A stretch of 64,000 nt of DNA from Eledone cirrhosa (taxonomy: Eukaryota), in contig OZ024743.1 in assembly GCA_964016885.1 (NCBI GenBank), positions 135,594,001 to 135,658,000 of the forward strand. Reading direction: 5' to 3'. Made by a program: the position numbers and the translations under genes. Positions 1-12,600 of this stretch are shown here, in pieces. Numbering within the stretch: the first letter of the stretch is position 1; the number at the start of each line of letters is the position of its first letter. The notes under the pieces were generated by a model that was not told the DNA's origin, did no database searches, and was given only the letters and a program-made list of their open reading frames with translations.

Positions 1-834
1 TTGGTGTTTGCTGCTTGTTGCTTGGTGTTTTGTGTTTGGTGTTTGGTTTTTGGTGCTTGGTGTTTGGTTCTTGGTTCTTGGTGTTTGGTACTTGGTGCTT
101 GGTGCTTGGTGCTTGGTGTTTGGTGCTTGGTGCTTGGTGTTTGGTGTTTGGTGCTTGGTGCTTGGTGTTTGGTGTTTGGTGCTTGGTGCTTGGTGTCTGG
201 TGCTTGGTGCTTGGTGCTTGGTGTTTGGTGTTTGGTGTTTGGTGCTTGGTGCTTGGTGCTTGGTGTTTGGTGCTTGGTGTTTGGCGTTTGGTGCTTGTTG
301 CTTGGTGCTTGGTGCTTGGTGTTTGGTGCTTGGTGCTTGGTGTTTGGTGCTGGGTGCTGGGTGCTTGGTGTTTGGTGCTTGGTGCTTGGTGTTTGGTGCT
401 TGGTGCTTGGTGCTTGGTCTTTGGTGCTTGGTGTTTGGTGTTTGGTGCTTGGTGCTTGGTGCTTGGTGTTTGGTGCTTGGTGATTAGTGTTTGGTGCTTG
501 GTGCTTGGGGTTTGGTGTTTGGTGCTTGGTGCTTGGTGTTTGGTGCTTGGTACTTGGTGTTTGGTGCTTGGTGTTTGGTGTTTGCTGTTTGGTGTGTGGT
601 GTTTGGTGTTTGGTGTTTGCTGTTTGGTGTCTGCTTTTTTGTGTTTGGTGTTTGCTGTATGGTGTTTGCTGTTTCGTGTTTGGTGTTTGCTGTTTGCTGT
701 TTGGTATTTGGTGTTTGCTGTTTGGTGTTTGGTCTTTTGTGCTTGGTGTTTGGTGCTTGGTGTTTGGTGTTTGGTGCTTGGTGCTTGGTGCTTGGTGTTT
801 GGTGTTTGGTGCTTGGTGCTTGGTGCTTGGTGTT

Positions 835-3500
835 TGGTGCTTGGTGCTTGGTGTTTGGTGCTGGGTGCTTGGTGTTTGGTGCTTGGTGCTTGGTGCTTGG
901 TGTTTGGTGCTGGGTGCTTGGTGTTTGGTGTTCGGTGTTATATGCTTGGTGTTTGATGCTTGGGGCTTGGTGCTTGTTGTTTGGTGTTTGGTGCTTGGTG
1001 TTTGATGCTTGGTGTTTGATGCTTGGTGCTTGGTGCTTGGTGTTTGGTGCTTGGTGCTTGGTGTTTGTACTTGGTGCTTGGTGCTTGGTTCTTTGTGTTT
1101 GGTGCTTGGTGCTTGGTGCTTGGTGCTTTGTGTTTGGTGCTTGGTGTTTGGTGCTTGGTGTTTGGTGCTTGGTGCCTGGTGCTTGGTGCTTGGTGCTTGG
1201 TGTTTGGTGCTTGGTGTTTGGTGCTTGGTGTTAGGTGTTTGGTGCTTGGTGCTTGGTGTTTGGTGTTTGGTGCTTGGAGTTTGGTGCTTGGTGCTTGGTG
1301 TTTGGTGTTTGGTGCTTGGTGTTTGGTGCTTGGTACTTGGTGCTTGGTATTAGGTGTTTGGTGCTTGGTGCTTGGTGTTTGGTTTTTGGTGCTTGATGCT
1401 TGGTGTTTGGTGTTTGGTGCTTGCTGCTGGCTGCTTGGTGCTTGGTGATTGGTGCTTGGTGTTTGGTGCTTGGTGTTTGGTGTTTGGTGCTAGGTGCTTG
1501 GTGCTTGGTGTTTGGTGCTTGGTGTTTGGTGTTTGGTGTTTGGTGCTTGGTGCTTGGTGTTTGGTGCTTGGTGCTGGGTGGTTGGTGTTTGGTGCTTGGT
1601 GTTTGGTGCTGGGTGCTTGGTGTTTGGTACTTGGTGCTTGGTCTTTGGTGCTTGGTGTTTGGTGTTTGGTGCTTGCTGCTTGGTGTTTGGTTCTTGGTGC
1701 TTGGTGTTTGGTGCTTGGTGCTTAGTGTTTGGTGCTAGGTGCTTGGGGTTTGGTGTTTGGTGCTTGGTGTTTGGTGCTTGGTTCTTGGTATTTGGTGTTT
1801 GCTGTTTACTGTTTGGTGTTTGTTGTTTGGTGTTTGTTGTTTGGTGTTTGTTGTTTGGTGTTTGTTGTTTGGTGTTTGCTGTTTGGTGTTTGGTGTTTGT
1901 TGTTTGGTGTTTGCTGTTTGGTGTCTGCTTTTTGGTGTTTGGTGTTTGCTGTATGTTGTTTGCTGTTTGGTGTTTGGTGTTTGGTATTTGGTGTTTGGTG
2001 CTTGGTGCTTGGTGTTTGGTGCTTGGTGCTTGGTGTTTGGTGCCTGGTGCTTGGTGCTTGGTGTTTGGTGCTGGGTGCTTGGTGTTTGGTGCTTGGTGCT
2101 TGGTGCTTGGTGTTTGGTGCTGGGTGCTTGGTGTTTGGTGTTCGGTGTTATATGCTTGGTGTTTGATGCTTGGTGCTTGGTGCTTGTTGTTTGGTGTTTG
2201 GTGCTTGGTGTTTGATGCTTGGTGTTTGATGCTTGGTGCTTGGTGCTTGGTGTTTGGTGCTTGGTGCTTGGTGTTTGTACTTGGTGCTTGGTGCTTGGTT
2301 CTTTGTGTTTGGTGCTTGGTGCTTGGTGCTTGGTGCTTTGTGTTTGGTGCTTGGTGTTTGGTGCTTGGTGTTTGGTGCTTGGTGCCTGGTGCTTGGTGCT
2401 TGGTGCTTGGTGTTTGGTGCTTGGTGTTTGGTGCTTGGTGTTAGGTGTTTGGTGCTTGGTGCTTGGTGCTTGGTGTTTGGTGCTTGGTGCTTGGTGTTTG
2501 TACTTGGTGCTTGGTGCTTGGTTCTTTGTGTTTGGTGCTTGGTGCTTGGTGCTTGGTGCTTTGTGTTTGGTGCTTGGTGTTTGGTGCTTGGTGTTTGGTG
2601 CTTGGTGCCTGGTGCTTGGTGCTTGGTGCTTGGTGTTTGGTGCTTGGTGTTTGGTGCTTGGTGTTAGGTGTTTGGTGCTTGGTGCTTGGTGTTTGGTGTT
2701 TGATGCTTGGTGTTTGGTGCTTGGTGCTTGGTGTTTGGTGTTTGGTGCTTGGTGTTTGGTGCTTGGTACTTGGTGCTTGGTATTAGGTGTTTGGTGCTTG
2801 GTGCTTGGTGTTTGGTTTTTGGTGCTTGATGCTTGGTGTTTGGTGTTTGGTGCTTGCTGCTGGCTGCTTGGTGCTTGGTGATTGGTGCTTGGTGTTTGGT
2901 GCTTGGTGTTTGGTGTTTGGTGCTAGGTGCTTGGTGCTTGGTGTTTGGTGCTTGGTGTTTGGTGTTTGGTGTTTGGTGCTTGGTGCTTGGTGTTTGGTGC
3001 TTGGTGCTGGGTGGTTGGTGTTTGGTGCTTGGTGTTTGGTGCTGGGTGCTTGGTGTTTGGTGCTTGGTGCTTGGTCTTTGGTGCTTGGTGTTTGGTGTTT
3101 GGTGCTTGCTGCTTGGTGTTTGGTTTTTGGTGCTTGGTGTTTGGTGCTTGGTGCTTAGTGTTTGGTGCTAGGTGCTTGGGGTTTGGTGTTTGGTGCTTGG
3201 TGTTTGGTGCTTGGTTCTTGGTATTTGGTGTTTGCTGTTTACTGTTTGGTGTTTGTTGTTTGGTGTTTGTTGTTTGGTGTTTGTTGTTTGGTGTTTGTTG
3301 TTTGGTGTTTGCTGTTTGGTGTTTGGTGTTTGTTGTTTGGTGTTTGCTGTTTGGTGTCTGCTTTTTGGTGTTTGGTGTTTGCTGTATGTTGTTTGCTGTT
3401 TGGTGTTTGGTGTTTGGTATTTGGTGTTTGGTGCTTGGTGCTTGGTGTTTGGTGCTTGGTGCTTGGTGTTTGGTGCCTGGTGCTTGGTGCTTGGTGTTTG
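835..3500 (+). repeat. Two-copy HOR with period 1210 bp, becoming 1433 bp after an internal 223-bp duplication
   Basis: TTGTAC marker (GTAC) at 1067, 2277 and 2500. ORF pair 1009/2219 is offset 1210; pairs 1354/2787, 1494/2927 and 1729/3162 are offset 1433. Confidence 0.85.
2230..2680 (+). repeat. Local 223-bp tandem duplication (32 heptamers minus 1 nt)
   Basis: The marker series TTGTAC, GTTCTTTGTG, GCCTGG, GTTAGG occurs twice, 223 bp apart (GTAC at 2277 and 2500). Confidence 0.85.
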
Positions 3501-6500
3501 GTGTTTGGTGCTTGGTGCTTGGTGCTTGGAGTTTGGTGTTTGGTGCTTGTTGCTTGGTGTTTTGTGTTTGGTGTTTGGTATTTGGTGCTTGGTGCTTGGT
3601 GCTTGGTCCTTGGTGTTTGGTGCTGGGTGCTTTGTGTTTGGTGCTTGGTGCTTCGTGCTTGGTGTTTGGTGTTTGCTGCTTGGTGTTTGGTGTTATATGC
3701 TTGGTGTTTGATGCTTGGTGCTTGGTGTTTGGTGTTTGATGCTTGGTGCTTGATGCTTGGTGTTTGGTGCTTGGTGCTTAGTGCTTGGTGTTTTGTGTTT
3801 GGTGCTTGGTGCTTGGTGTTTGTACTTGGTGCTTGGTGCTTGGTGTTTGGTTTTTGGTTCTTGGTGTTTGGTACTTGGTGCTTGCTGTTTGGTGCTTGGT
3901 GTTTGGTGCTTGGTGTTTGGTGCTTGGTGCTTGGTATTTGGTGCTTGGTGTTTGGTGTTTGGTGCTTGCTGCTTGGTGTTTGGTGTTTGGTGTTTGGTGT
4001 TTGCTGTTTGCTGTTTGGTGTCTGCTTTTTGGTGTTTGGTGTTTGCTGTATGGTGTTTGCTGTTTCGTGTTTGGTGTTTGCTGTTTGGTGTTTGGTCTTT
4101 GGTGCTTGGTGTTTGGTGCTTGGTGCTTGGTGTTTGGTGTTTGGTGCTTGGTGCTTGGTGTTTGGTGTTTGGTGCTTGGTGCTTGGTGCTTGGTGTTTGG
4201 TGTTTGGTGATTGGTGTCTGGTGCTTGGTGTTTGGTGCTTGGTGTTTGGTGTCTGGTGTTTGGTGCTTGTGTGCTTGGTGTTTGGTGTTTGGTGCTTGGT
4301 GTTTGGTGTTTGGTGTTTGGGGCTTGTTGCTTGGTGCTTGGTGTTTGGTGCTTGGTGCTTGGTGTTTGGTGCTGGGTGCTGGGTGCTTGGTGCTTGGTGC
4401 ATGGTGCTTGGTGCTTGGTGCTTGGCGTTTGGTGCTTGGTGCTTGGTGTTTGTACTTGTTGCTTGGTGCTTGATGCTTGGTGATTGGTGTTTGGTGCTTG
4501 GTTCTTGGTGTTTGGTGCTTGGTGTTTGGTGCTTGGTGCTTGGTGCTTGGTGTTTGGTGCTTGGTGCTTGGTGTTTGGTGCTTGGTGTTTGGTGCTTGTT
4601 GTTTGGTGCTTGGTGCTTGGTGCTTGGTGCATGGTGCTTGGTGTTTGGTGCTTGGTGTTTGGTGCTTGGTGTTAGGTGTTTGGTGCTTGGTGCTTGGTGT
4701 TTGGTGTTTGGTGCTTGGTGTTTGGTGCTTGGTGCTTGGTGTTTGGTGTTTGGTGCTTGGTGTTTGGTGCTTGCTACGTGGTGCTTGGTGCTTGGTGTTA
4801 GGTGTTTGGTGCTTGGTGCGTGGTGTTTGGTTTTTGGTGCTTGGTGCTTGGTGTTTGGTGTTTGGTGCTTGCTGCTGGCTGCTTGGTGTTTGGTGCTTGG
4901 TGATTGGTGCTTGGTGTTTGGTGCTTGGTGTTTGGTGTTTGGTGCTAGGTGCTTGGTGCTTGGTGTTTGGTGCTTGGTGCTTGGTGTTTGGTGTTTGGTG
5001 CTTTGTGCTTGGTGTTTGGTGCTTGGTGCTGGGTGGTTGGTGTTTGGTGCTTGGTGTTTGGTGCTGGGTGCTTGGTGTTTGGTGCTTGGTGCTTGGTCTT
5101 TGGTGCTTGGTGTTTGGTGTTTGGTGCTTGGTGCTTGGTGCTTGGTGTTTGGTGCTTGGTGCTTGGTGTTTGGTGTTTGGTGCTTAGTGTTTGGTGCTAG
5201 GTGCTTGGGGTTTGGTATTTGGTGCTTGGTGCTTGGTGCTTGGTGTTTGGTGCTTGGTGCTTGGTGCTTGGTGCTTGGTCTTTGGAGTTTGGTGTTTAGT
5301 GCTTGGTGCTTGGTGCTTGGTGTTTGGTGCTTGGTGCTTGGTGCATTGTGATTAGTGTTTGGTGCTTGGTGCTTGGGGTTTGGTGTTTGGTGCTTGGTGC
5401 TTGGTATTTGGTGCTTGGTACTTGGTGTTTGGTGCTTGGTGTTTGCTGTTTGCTGTTTGGTGTTTTTGGTGTTTGCTGTTTGCTGTTTGGTGTCTGCTTT
5501 TTGGTGTTTGGTGTTTGCTCTATGGTGTTTGCTGTTTCATGTTTGGTGTTTGCTGTTTGGTGTTTGGTGTTTGCTGTTTGGTGTTTGGTCTTTGGTGCTT
5601 GGTCTTTGGTGCTTGGTGTTTGGTGTTTGGTGCTTGGTGCTTGGTGCTTGGTGATTGGTGCTTGGTGTTTCGTGTTTGGTGCTTGGTGCTTGTTGTTTGG
5701 TGTTATATGCTTGGTGTTTGATGCTTGGTGCTTGGTGCTTGGTGTTTGGTGTTTGGTGCTTGGTGTTTGATGCTTGGTGTTTGATGCTTGGTGCTTGGTG
5801 CTTGGTGTTTGGTGCTTGGTGCTTTGTGTTTGTACTTGGTGCTTGGTGCTTGGTTCTTGGTGTTTGGTGCTTGGTGTTTGGTGCTTGGTGCTTTGTGTTT
5901 GGTGCTTGGTGTTTGGTGCTTCGTGTTTGGTGCTTGGTGCCTGGTGCTTGGTGCTTGGTGCTTGGTGTTTGGTGCTTGGTGTTTGGTGCTTGGTGTTTTG
6001 TGCTTGGTGCTTGGTGTTTGGTGTTTGGTGCTTGGTGTTTGGTGCTTGCTACTTGGTGCTTGGTGCTTGGTGTTAGGTGTTTGGTGCTTGGTGCTTGGTG
6101 TTTGGTTTTTGGTGCTTGGTGCTTGGTGTTTGGTGTTTGGTGCTTGCTGCTGGCTGCTTAGTGATTGGTGCTTGGTGTTTGGTGCTTGGTGTTTGGTGTT
6201 TGGTGCTAGGTGCTTGGTGCTTGGTGTTTGGTGCTTGGTGCTTGGTGTTTGGTGTTTGGTGTTTGGTGCTTGGTGTTTGGTGTTTGGTGCTTGGTGCTTG
6301 GTGCTGGGTGGTTGGTGTTTGGTGCTTGGTGTTTGGTGCTGGGTGCTTGGTGTTTGGTGCTTGGTCCTTGGTGCTTGGTACTTGGTGTTTGGTGTTTGGT
6401 GCTTGGTGCTTGGTGTTTGGTGCTTGGTGCTTGGTGTTTGGTGCTTGGTGCTTCGTGTTTGGTGCTAGGTGCTTGGGGTTTGGTGTTTGGTGCTTGGTGT

Positions 6501-6675
6501 TTGGTGTTTGGTGTTTTGTGCTTGGTGCTTGGTATTTGGTGTTTGCTGTTTGCTGTTTGATGTTTGTTGTTTGGTGTTTGTTGTTTGGTGTTTGCTGTTT
6601 AGTGTTTGGTGTTTGGTGTTTGCTGTTTGGTGTCTGCTTTTTGGTGTTTGGTGTTTGCTGTATGTTGTTTGCTGT

Positions 6676-9600
6676 TTGGTGTTTGGTGTTTGGTGCTTGG
6701 TGTTTGGTGCTTGGTGCTTGGTGTTTGGTGCTTGGTGCATGGTGTTTGGTGCCTGGTGCTTGGTGCTTGGTGTTTGGTGTTTGGTGCTTGGTGCTTGGTG
6801 CTTGGAGTTTGGTGTTTGGTGCTTGTTGCTTGGTGTTTTGTGTTTGGTTTTTGGTGCTTGGTGCTTGGTGCTTGGTCCTTGGTGTTTGGTGCTGGGTGCT
6901 TTGTGTTTGGTGCTTGGTGCTTGATGCTTGGTGTTTTGTGTTTGGTGCTTGGTGCTTGGTGTTTGGTGCTTGGTGCTTGGTGCTAGGTGTTTGTACTTGG
7001 TGCTTGGTGTTTGGTTCTTGGTTCTTGGTGTTTGGTACTTGGTGCTTGGTGCTTGGTGCTTGGTGTTCGTTGCTTGGTGTTTGGTGCTTGGTGCTTGGTG
7101 TTTGGTGCTTGGTGTTTGGTGTTTGGTGCTTGGTGCTTGGTGTTTGGTGTTTGCTGTTTGCCGTTTGCTGTTTGCTGTTTGCTGTTTGGTGTTTGCTGTT
7201 TGCTGTTTGGTGTCTGCTTTTTGGTGTTTGGTGTTTGCTGTATGTTGTTTGCTGTTTGGTGTTTGGTGTTTGGTATTTGGTGTTTGGTGCTTGGTGCTTG
7301 GTGTTTGGTGCTTGGTGCTTGGTGTTTGGTGCCTGGTGCTTGGTGCTTGTTGTTTGGTGTTTGGTGCTTGGTGCTTGGTGCTTGGAGTTTGGTGTTTGGT
7401 GCTTGTTGCTTGGTGTTTTGTGTTTGGTGTTTGGTTTTTGGTGCTTGGTGCTTGGTGCTTGGTCCTTGGTGTTTGGTGCTGCGTCCTTTGTGTTTGGTGC
7501 TTGGTGCTTTGTGCTTGGTGTTTGGTGTTTGCTGCTTGGTGTTTGGTGCTTGGTGCTTCGTGCTTGGTGTTTTGTGTTTGGTGCTTGGTGCTTGGTGTTT
7601 GGTGCTTGGTGCTTGGTGCTTGGTGTTTGGTGCTTGGTGCTTGGTGATTGGTGTTTGGTTCTTGGTTCTTGGTGTTTGGTACTTGGTGCTTGGTGCTTGG
7701 TGCTTGGTGTTTGGTGCTTGGTGTTTGGTGCTTGGTGCTTGGTGTTTGGTGCTTGGTGTTTGGTGCTTGGTGCTTGGTATTTGGTGTTTGGTGTTTGGTG
7801 TTTGCTGTTTGCTGTTTGGTGTTTGGTGTTTGCTGTTTGCTGTTCGGTGTCTGCTTTTTGGTGTTTGGTGTTTGCTGTATGGTGTTTGCTGTTGTGTGTT
7901 TGGTGTTTGCTGTTTGGTGTTTGGTCTTTGGTGCTTGGTGTTTGGTGCTTGGTGCTTGGTGTTTGGTGTTTGGTGCTTGGTGCTTGGTGTTTGGTGTTTG
8001 GTGCTTGGTGCTTGGTGTCTGGTGCTTGGTGCTTGGTGCTTGGTGTTTGGTGTTTGGTGTTTGGTGCTTGGTGCTTGGTGCTTGGTGTTTGGTGCTTGGT
8101 GTTTGGCGTTTGGTGCTTGTTGCTTGGTGCTTGGTGTTTGGTGCTTGGTGCTTGGTGCTGGGTGCTGGGTGCTTGGTCTTTGGTGCTTGGTGTTTGGTGT
8201 TTGGTGCTTGGTGCTTGGTGCTTGGTGTTTGGTGCTTGGTGATTAGTGTTTGGTGCTTGGTGCTTGGGGTTTGGTGTTTGGTGCTTGGTGCTTGGTGTTT
8301 GGTGCTTGGTACTTGGTGTTTGGTGCTTGGTGTTTGGTGTTTGCTGTTTGGTGTTTGGTGTTTGGTGTTTGCTGTTTGATGTCTGCTTTTTGGTGTTTGG
8401 TGTTTGCTGTATGGTGTTTGCTGTTTCGTGTTTGGTGTTTGCTGTTTGCTGTTTGGTGTTTGGTGTTTGCTGTTTGGTGTTTTGTCTTTGGTGCTTGGTG
8501 TTTGGTGCTTGGTGATTGGTGTTTGGTGCTTGGTGTTTGGTTTTTGGTGCTTGGTGTTTGGTGCTTGGTGTTTGGTGTTTGGTGCTTGGTGCTTGGTGCT
8601 TGGTGTTTGGTGTTTGGTGCTTGGTGTTTGGTGCTTGGTGCTTGGTGTTTGGTGCTTGGTGCATGGTGTTTGGTGCCTGGTGCTTGGTGCTTGGTGTTTG
8701 GTGTTTGGTGCTTGGTGCTTGGTGCTTGGAGTTTGGTGTTTGGTGCTTGTTGCTTGGTGTTTTGTGTTTGGTTTTTGGTGCTTGGTGCTTGGTGCTTGGT
8801 CCTTGGTGTTTGGTGCTGGGTGCTTTGTGTTTGGTGCTTGGTGCTTGATGCTTGGTGTTTTGTGTTTGGTGCTTGGTGCTTGGTGTTTGGTGCTTGGTGC
8901 TTGGTGCTAGGTGTTTGTACTTGGTGCTTGGTGTTTGGTTCTTGGTTCTTGGTGTTTGGTACTTGGTGCTTGGTGCTTGGTGCTTGGTGTTCGTTGCTTG
9001 GTGTTTGGTGCTTGGTGCTTGGTGTTTGGTGCTTGGTGTTTGGTGTTTGGTGCTTGGTGCTTGGTGTTTGGTGTTTGCTGTTTGCTGTTTGCTGTTTGCT
9101 GTTTGCTGTTTGGTGTTTGCTGTTTGCTGTTTGGTGTCTGCTTTTTGGTGTTTGGTGTTTGCTGTATGTTGTTTGCTGTTTGGTGTTTGGTGTTTGGTAT
9201 TTGGTGTTTGGTGCTTGGTGCTTGGTGTTTGGTGCTTGGTGCTTGGTGTTTGGTGCCTGGTGCTTGGTGCTTGTTGTTTGGTTTTTCGTGCTTGGTGCTT
9301 GGTGCTTGGAGTTTGGTGTTTGGTGCTTGTTGCTTGGTGTTTTGTGTTTGGTGTTTGGTTTTTGGTGCTTGGTGCTTGGTGCTTGGTCCTTGGTGTTTGG
9401 TGCTGCGTCCTTTGTGTTTGGTGCTTGGTGCTTTGTGCTTGGTGTTTGGTGTTTGCTGCTTGGTGTTTGGTGCTTGGTGCTTCGTGCTTGGTGTTTTGTG
9501 TTTGGTGCTTGGTGCTTGGTGTTTGGTGCTTGGTGCTTGGTGCTTGGTGTTTGGTGCTTGGTGCTTGGTGCTTGGTGTTTGGTTCTTGGTTCTTGGTGTT

Positions 9601-12600
9601 TGGTACTTGGTGCTTGGTGCTTGGTGCTTGGTGTTTGGTGCTTGGTGTTTGGTGCTTGGTGCTTGGTGTTTGGTGCTTGGTGTTTGGTGCTTGGTGCTTG
9701 GTATTTGGTGTTTGGTGTTTGGTGTTTGCTGTTTGCTGTTTGGTGTTTGGTGTTTGTTGTTTGCTGTTTGGTGTCTGCTTTTTGGTGTTTGGTGTTTGCT
9801 GTATGGTGTTTGCTGTTTGGTGTTTGGTGTTTGCTGTTTGGTGTTTGGTCTTTGGTGCTTGGTGTTTGGTGCTTGGTGCTTGGTGTTTGGTGTTTGGTGC
9901 TTGGTGCTTGGTGTTTGGTGTTTGGTGCTTGGTGCTTGGTGTCTGGTGCTTGGTGCTTGGTGCTTGGTGTTTGGTGTTTGGTGTTTGGTGCTTGGTGCTT
10001 GGTGCTTGGTGTTTGGTGCTTGGTGTTTGGCGTTTGGTGCTTGTTGCTTGGTGCTTGGTGTTTGGTGCTTGGTGCTTGGTGCTGGGTGCTGGGTGCTTGG
10101 TCTTTGGTGCTTGGTGTTTGGTGTTTGGTGCTTGGTGCTTGGTGCTTGGTGTTTGGTGCTTGGTGATTAGTGTTTGGTGCTTGGTGCTTGGGGTTTGGTG
10201 TTTGGTGCTTGGTGCTTGGTGTTTGGTGCTTGGTACTTGGTGTTTGGTGCTTGGTGTTTGGTGTTTGCTGTTTGGTGTTTGGTGTTTGGTGTTTGGTGTT
10301 TGCTGTTTGGTGTCTGCTTTTTGGTGTTTGGTGTTTGCTGTATGGTGTTTGCTGTTTCGTGTTTGGTGTTTGCTGTTTGCTGTTTGGTGTTTGGTGTTTG
10401 CTGTTTGGTGTTTGGTCTTTGGTGCTTGGTGTTTGGTGCTTGGTGTTTGGTGTTTGGTGCTTGGTGTTTGGTTTTTGGTGCTTGGTGCTTGGTGCTTGGT
10501 GTTTGGTGTTTGGTGCTTGGTGCTTGGTGCTTGGTGTTTGGTGTTTGGTGCTTGGTGTTTGGTGCTTGGTGCTTGGTGTTTGGTGCTTGGTGCATGGTGT
10601 TTGGTGCCTGGTGCTTGGTGCTTGGTGTTTGGTGTTTGGTGCTTGGTGCTTGGTGCTTGGAGTTTGGTGTTTGGTGCTTGTTGCTTGGTGTTTTGTGTTT
10701 GGTTTTTGGTGCTTGGTGCTTGGTGCTTGGTCCTTGGTGTTTGGTGCTGGGTGCTTTGTGTTTGGTGCTTGGTGCTTGATGCTTGGTGTTTTGTGTTTGG
10801 TGCTTGGTGCTTGGTGTTTGGCGCTTGGTGCTTGGTGCTAGGTGTTTGTACTTGGTGCTTGGTGTTTGGTTCTTGGTTCTTGGTGTTTGGTACTTGGTGC
10901 TTGGTGCTTGGTGCTTGGTGTTCGTTGCTTGGTGTTTGGTGCTTGGTGCTTGGTGTTTGGTGCTTGGTGTTTGGTGTTTGGTGCTTGGTGCTTGGTGTTT
11001 GGTGTTTGCTGTTTGCTGTTTGCTGTTTGCTGTTTGCTGTTTGGTGTTTGCTGTTTGCTGTTTGGTGTCTGCTTTTTGGTGTTTGGTGTTTGCTGTATGT
11101 TGTTTGCTGTTTGGTGTTTGGTGTTTGGTATTTGGTGTTTGGTGCTTGGTGCTTGGTGTTTGGTGCTTGGTGCTTGGTGTTTGGTGCCTGGTGCTTGGTG
11201 CTTGTTGTTTGGTGTTTGGTGCTTGGTGCTTGGTGCTTGGAGTTTGGTGTTTGGTGCTTGTTGCTTGGTGTTTTGTGTTTGGTGTTTGGTTTTTGGTGCT
11301 TGGTGCTTGGTGCTTGGTCCTTGGTGTTTGGTGCTGCGTCCTTTGTGTTTGGTGCTTGGTGCTTTGTGCTTGGTGTTTGGTGTTTGCTGCTTGGTGTTTG
11401 GTGCTTGGTGCTTCGTGCTTGGTGTTTTGTGTTTGGTGCTTGGTGCTTGGTGTTTGGTGCTTGGTACTTGGTGCTTGGTGTTTGGTGCTTGGTGCTTGGT
11501 GATTGGTGTTTGGTTCTTGGTTCTTGGTGTTTGGTACTTGGTGCTTGGTGCTTGGTGCTTGGTGTTTGGTGCTTGGTGTTTGGTGCTTGGTGCTTGGTGT
11601 TTGGTGCTTGGTGTTTGGTGCTTGGTGCTTGGTATTTGGTGTTTGGTGTTTGGTGTTTGCTGTTTGCTGTTTGGTGTTTGGTGTTTGCTGTTTGCTGTTC
11701 GGTGTCTGCTTTTTGGTGTTTGGTGTTTGCTGTATGGTGTTTGCTGTTGTGTGTTTGGTGTTTGCTGTTTGGTGTTTGGTCTTTGGTGCTTGGTGTTTGG
11801 TGCTTGGTGCTTGGTGTTTGGTGTTTGGTGCTTGGTGCTTGGTGTTTGGTGTTTGGTGCTTGGTGCTTGGTGTCTGGTGCTTGGTGCTTGGTGCTTGGTG
11901 TTTGGTGTTTGGTGTTTGGTGCTTGGTGCTTGGTGCTTGGTGTTTGGTGCTTGGTGTTTGGCGTTTGGTGCTTGTTGCTTGGTGCTTGGTGTTTGGTGCT
12001 TGGTGCTTGGTGCTGGGTGCTGGGTGCTTGGTCTTTGGTGCTTGGTGTTTGGTGTTTGGTGCTTGGTGCTTGGTGCTTGGTGTTTGGTGCTTGGTGATTA
12101 GTGTTTGGTGCTTGGTGCTTGGGGTTTGGTGTTTGGTGCTTGGTGCTTGGTGTTTGGTGCTTGGTACTTGGTGTTTGGTGCTTGGTGTTTGGTGTTTGCT
12201 GTTTGGTGTTTGGTGTTTGGTGTTTGGTGTTTGCTGTTTGATGTCTGCTTTTTGGTGTTTGGTGTTTGCTGTATGGTGTTTGCTGTTTCGTGTTTGGTGT
12301 TTGCTGTTTGCTGTTTGGTGTTTGGTGTTTGCTGTTTGGTGTTTTGTCTTTGGTGCTTGGTGTTTGGTGCTTGGTGATTGGTGTTTGGTGCTTGGTGTTT
12401 GGTTTTTGGTGCTTGGTGTTTGGTGCTTGGTGTTTGGTGTTTGGTGCTTGGTGCTTGGTGCTTGGTGTTTGGTGTTTGGTGCTTGGTGTTTGGTGCTTGG
12501 TGCTTGGTGTTTGGTGCTTGGTGCATGGTGTTTGGTGCCTGGTGCTTGGTGCTTGGTGTTTGGTGTTTGGTGCTTGGTGCTTGGTGCTTGGAGTTTGGTG

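Noticed and set aside
628-645. T-runs after CTGC as intrinsic terminators
   Set aside because: There is no preceding stem-loop and no upstream gene. They are monomer variants.
1572-1584. GCTGGGTGG resembling the E. coli Chi site GCTGGTGG
   Set aside because: Not an exact match, and explained by two substitutions in adjacent monomers propagated by duplication.
6073-8664. Long minus-strand ORFs of (T/A)P(S/N)TKHQ repeats resembling mucin or adhesin repeats (also 23015-24955, 57168-59760)
   Set aside because: The minus strand is nearly T-free, so stops are rare by composition. ATG starts come from sporadic CAT variants, multiple frames are open at once, and there is no signal peptide or non-repeat terminus.
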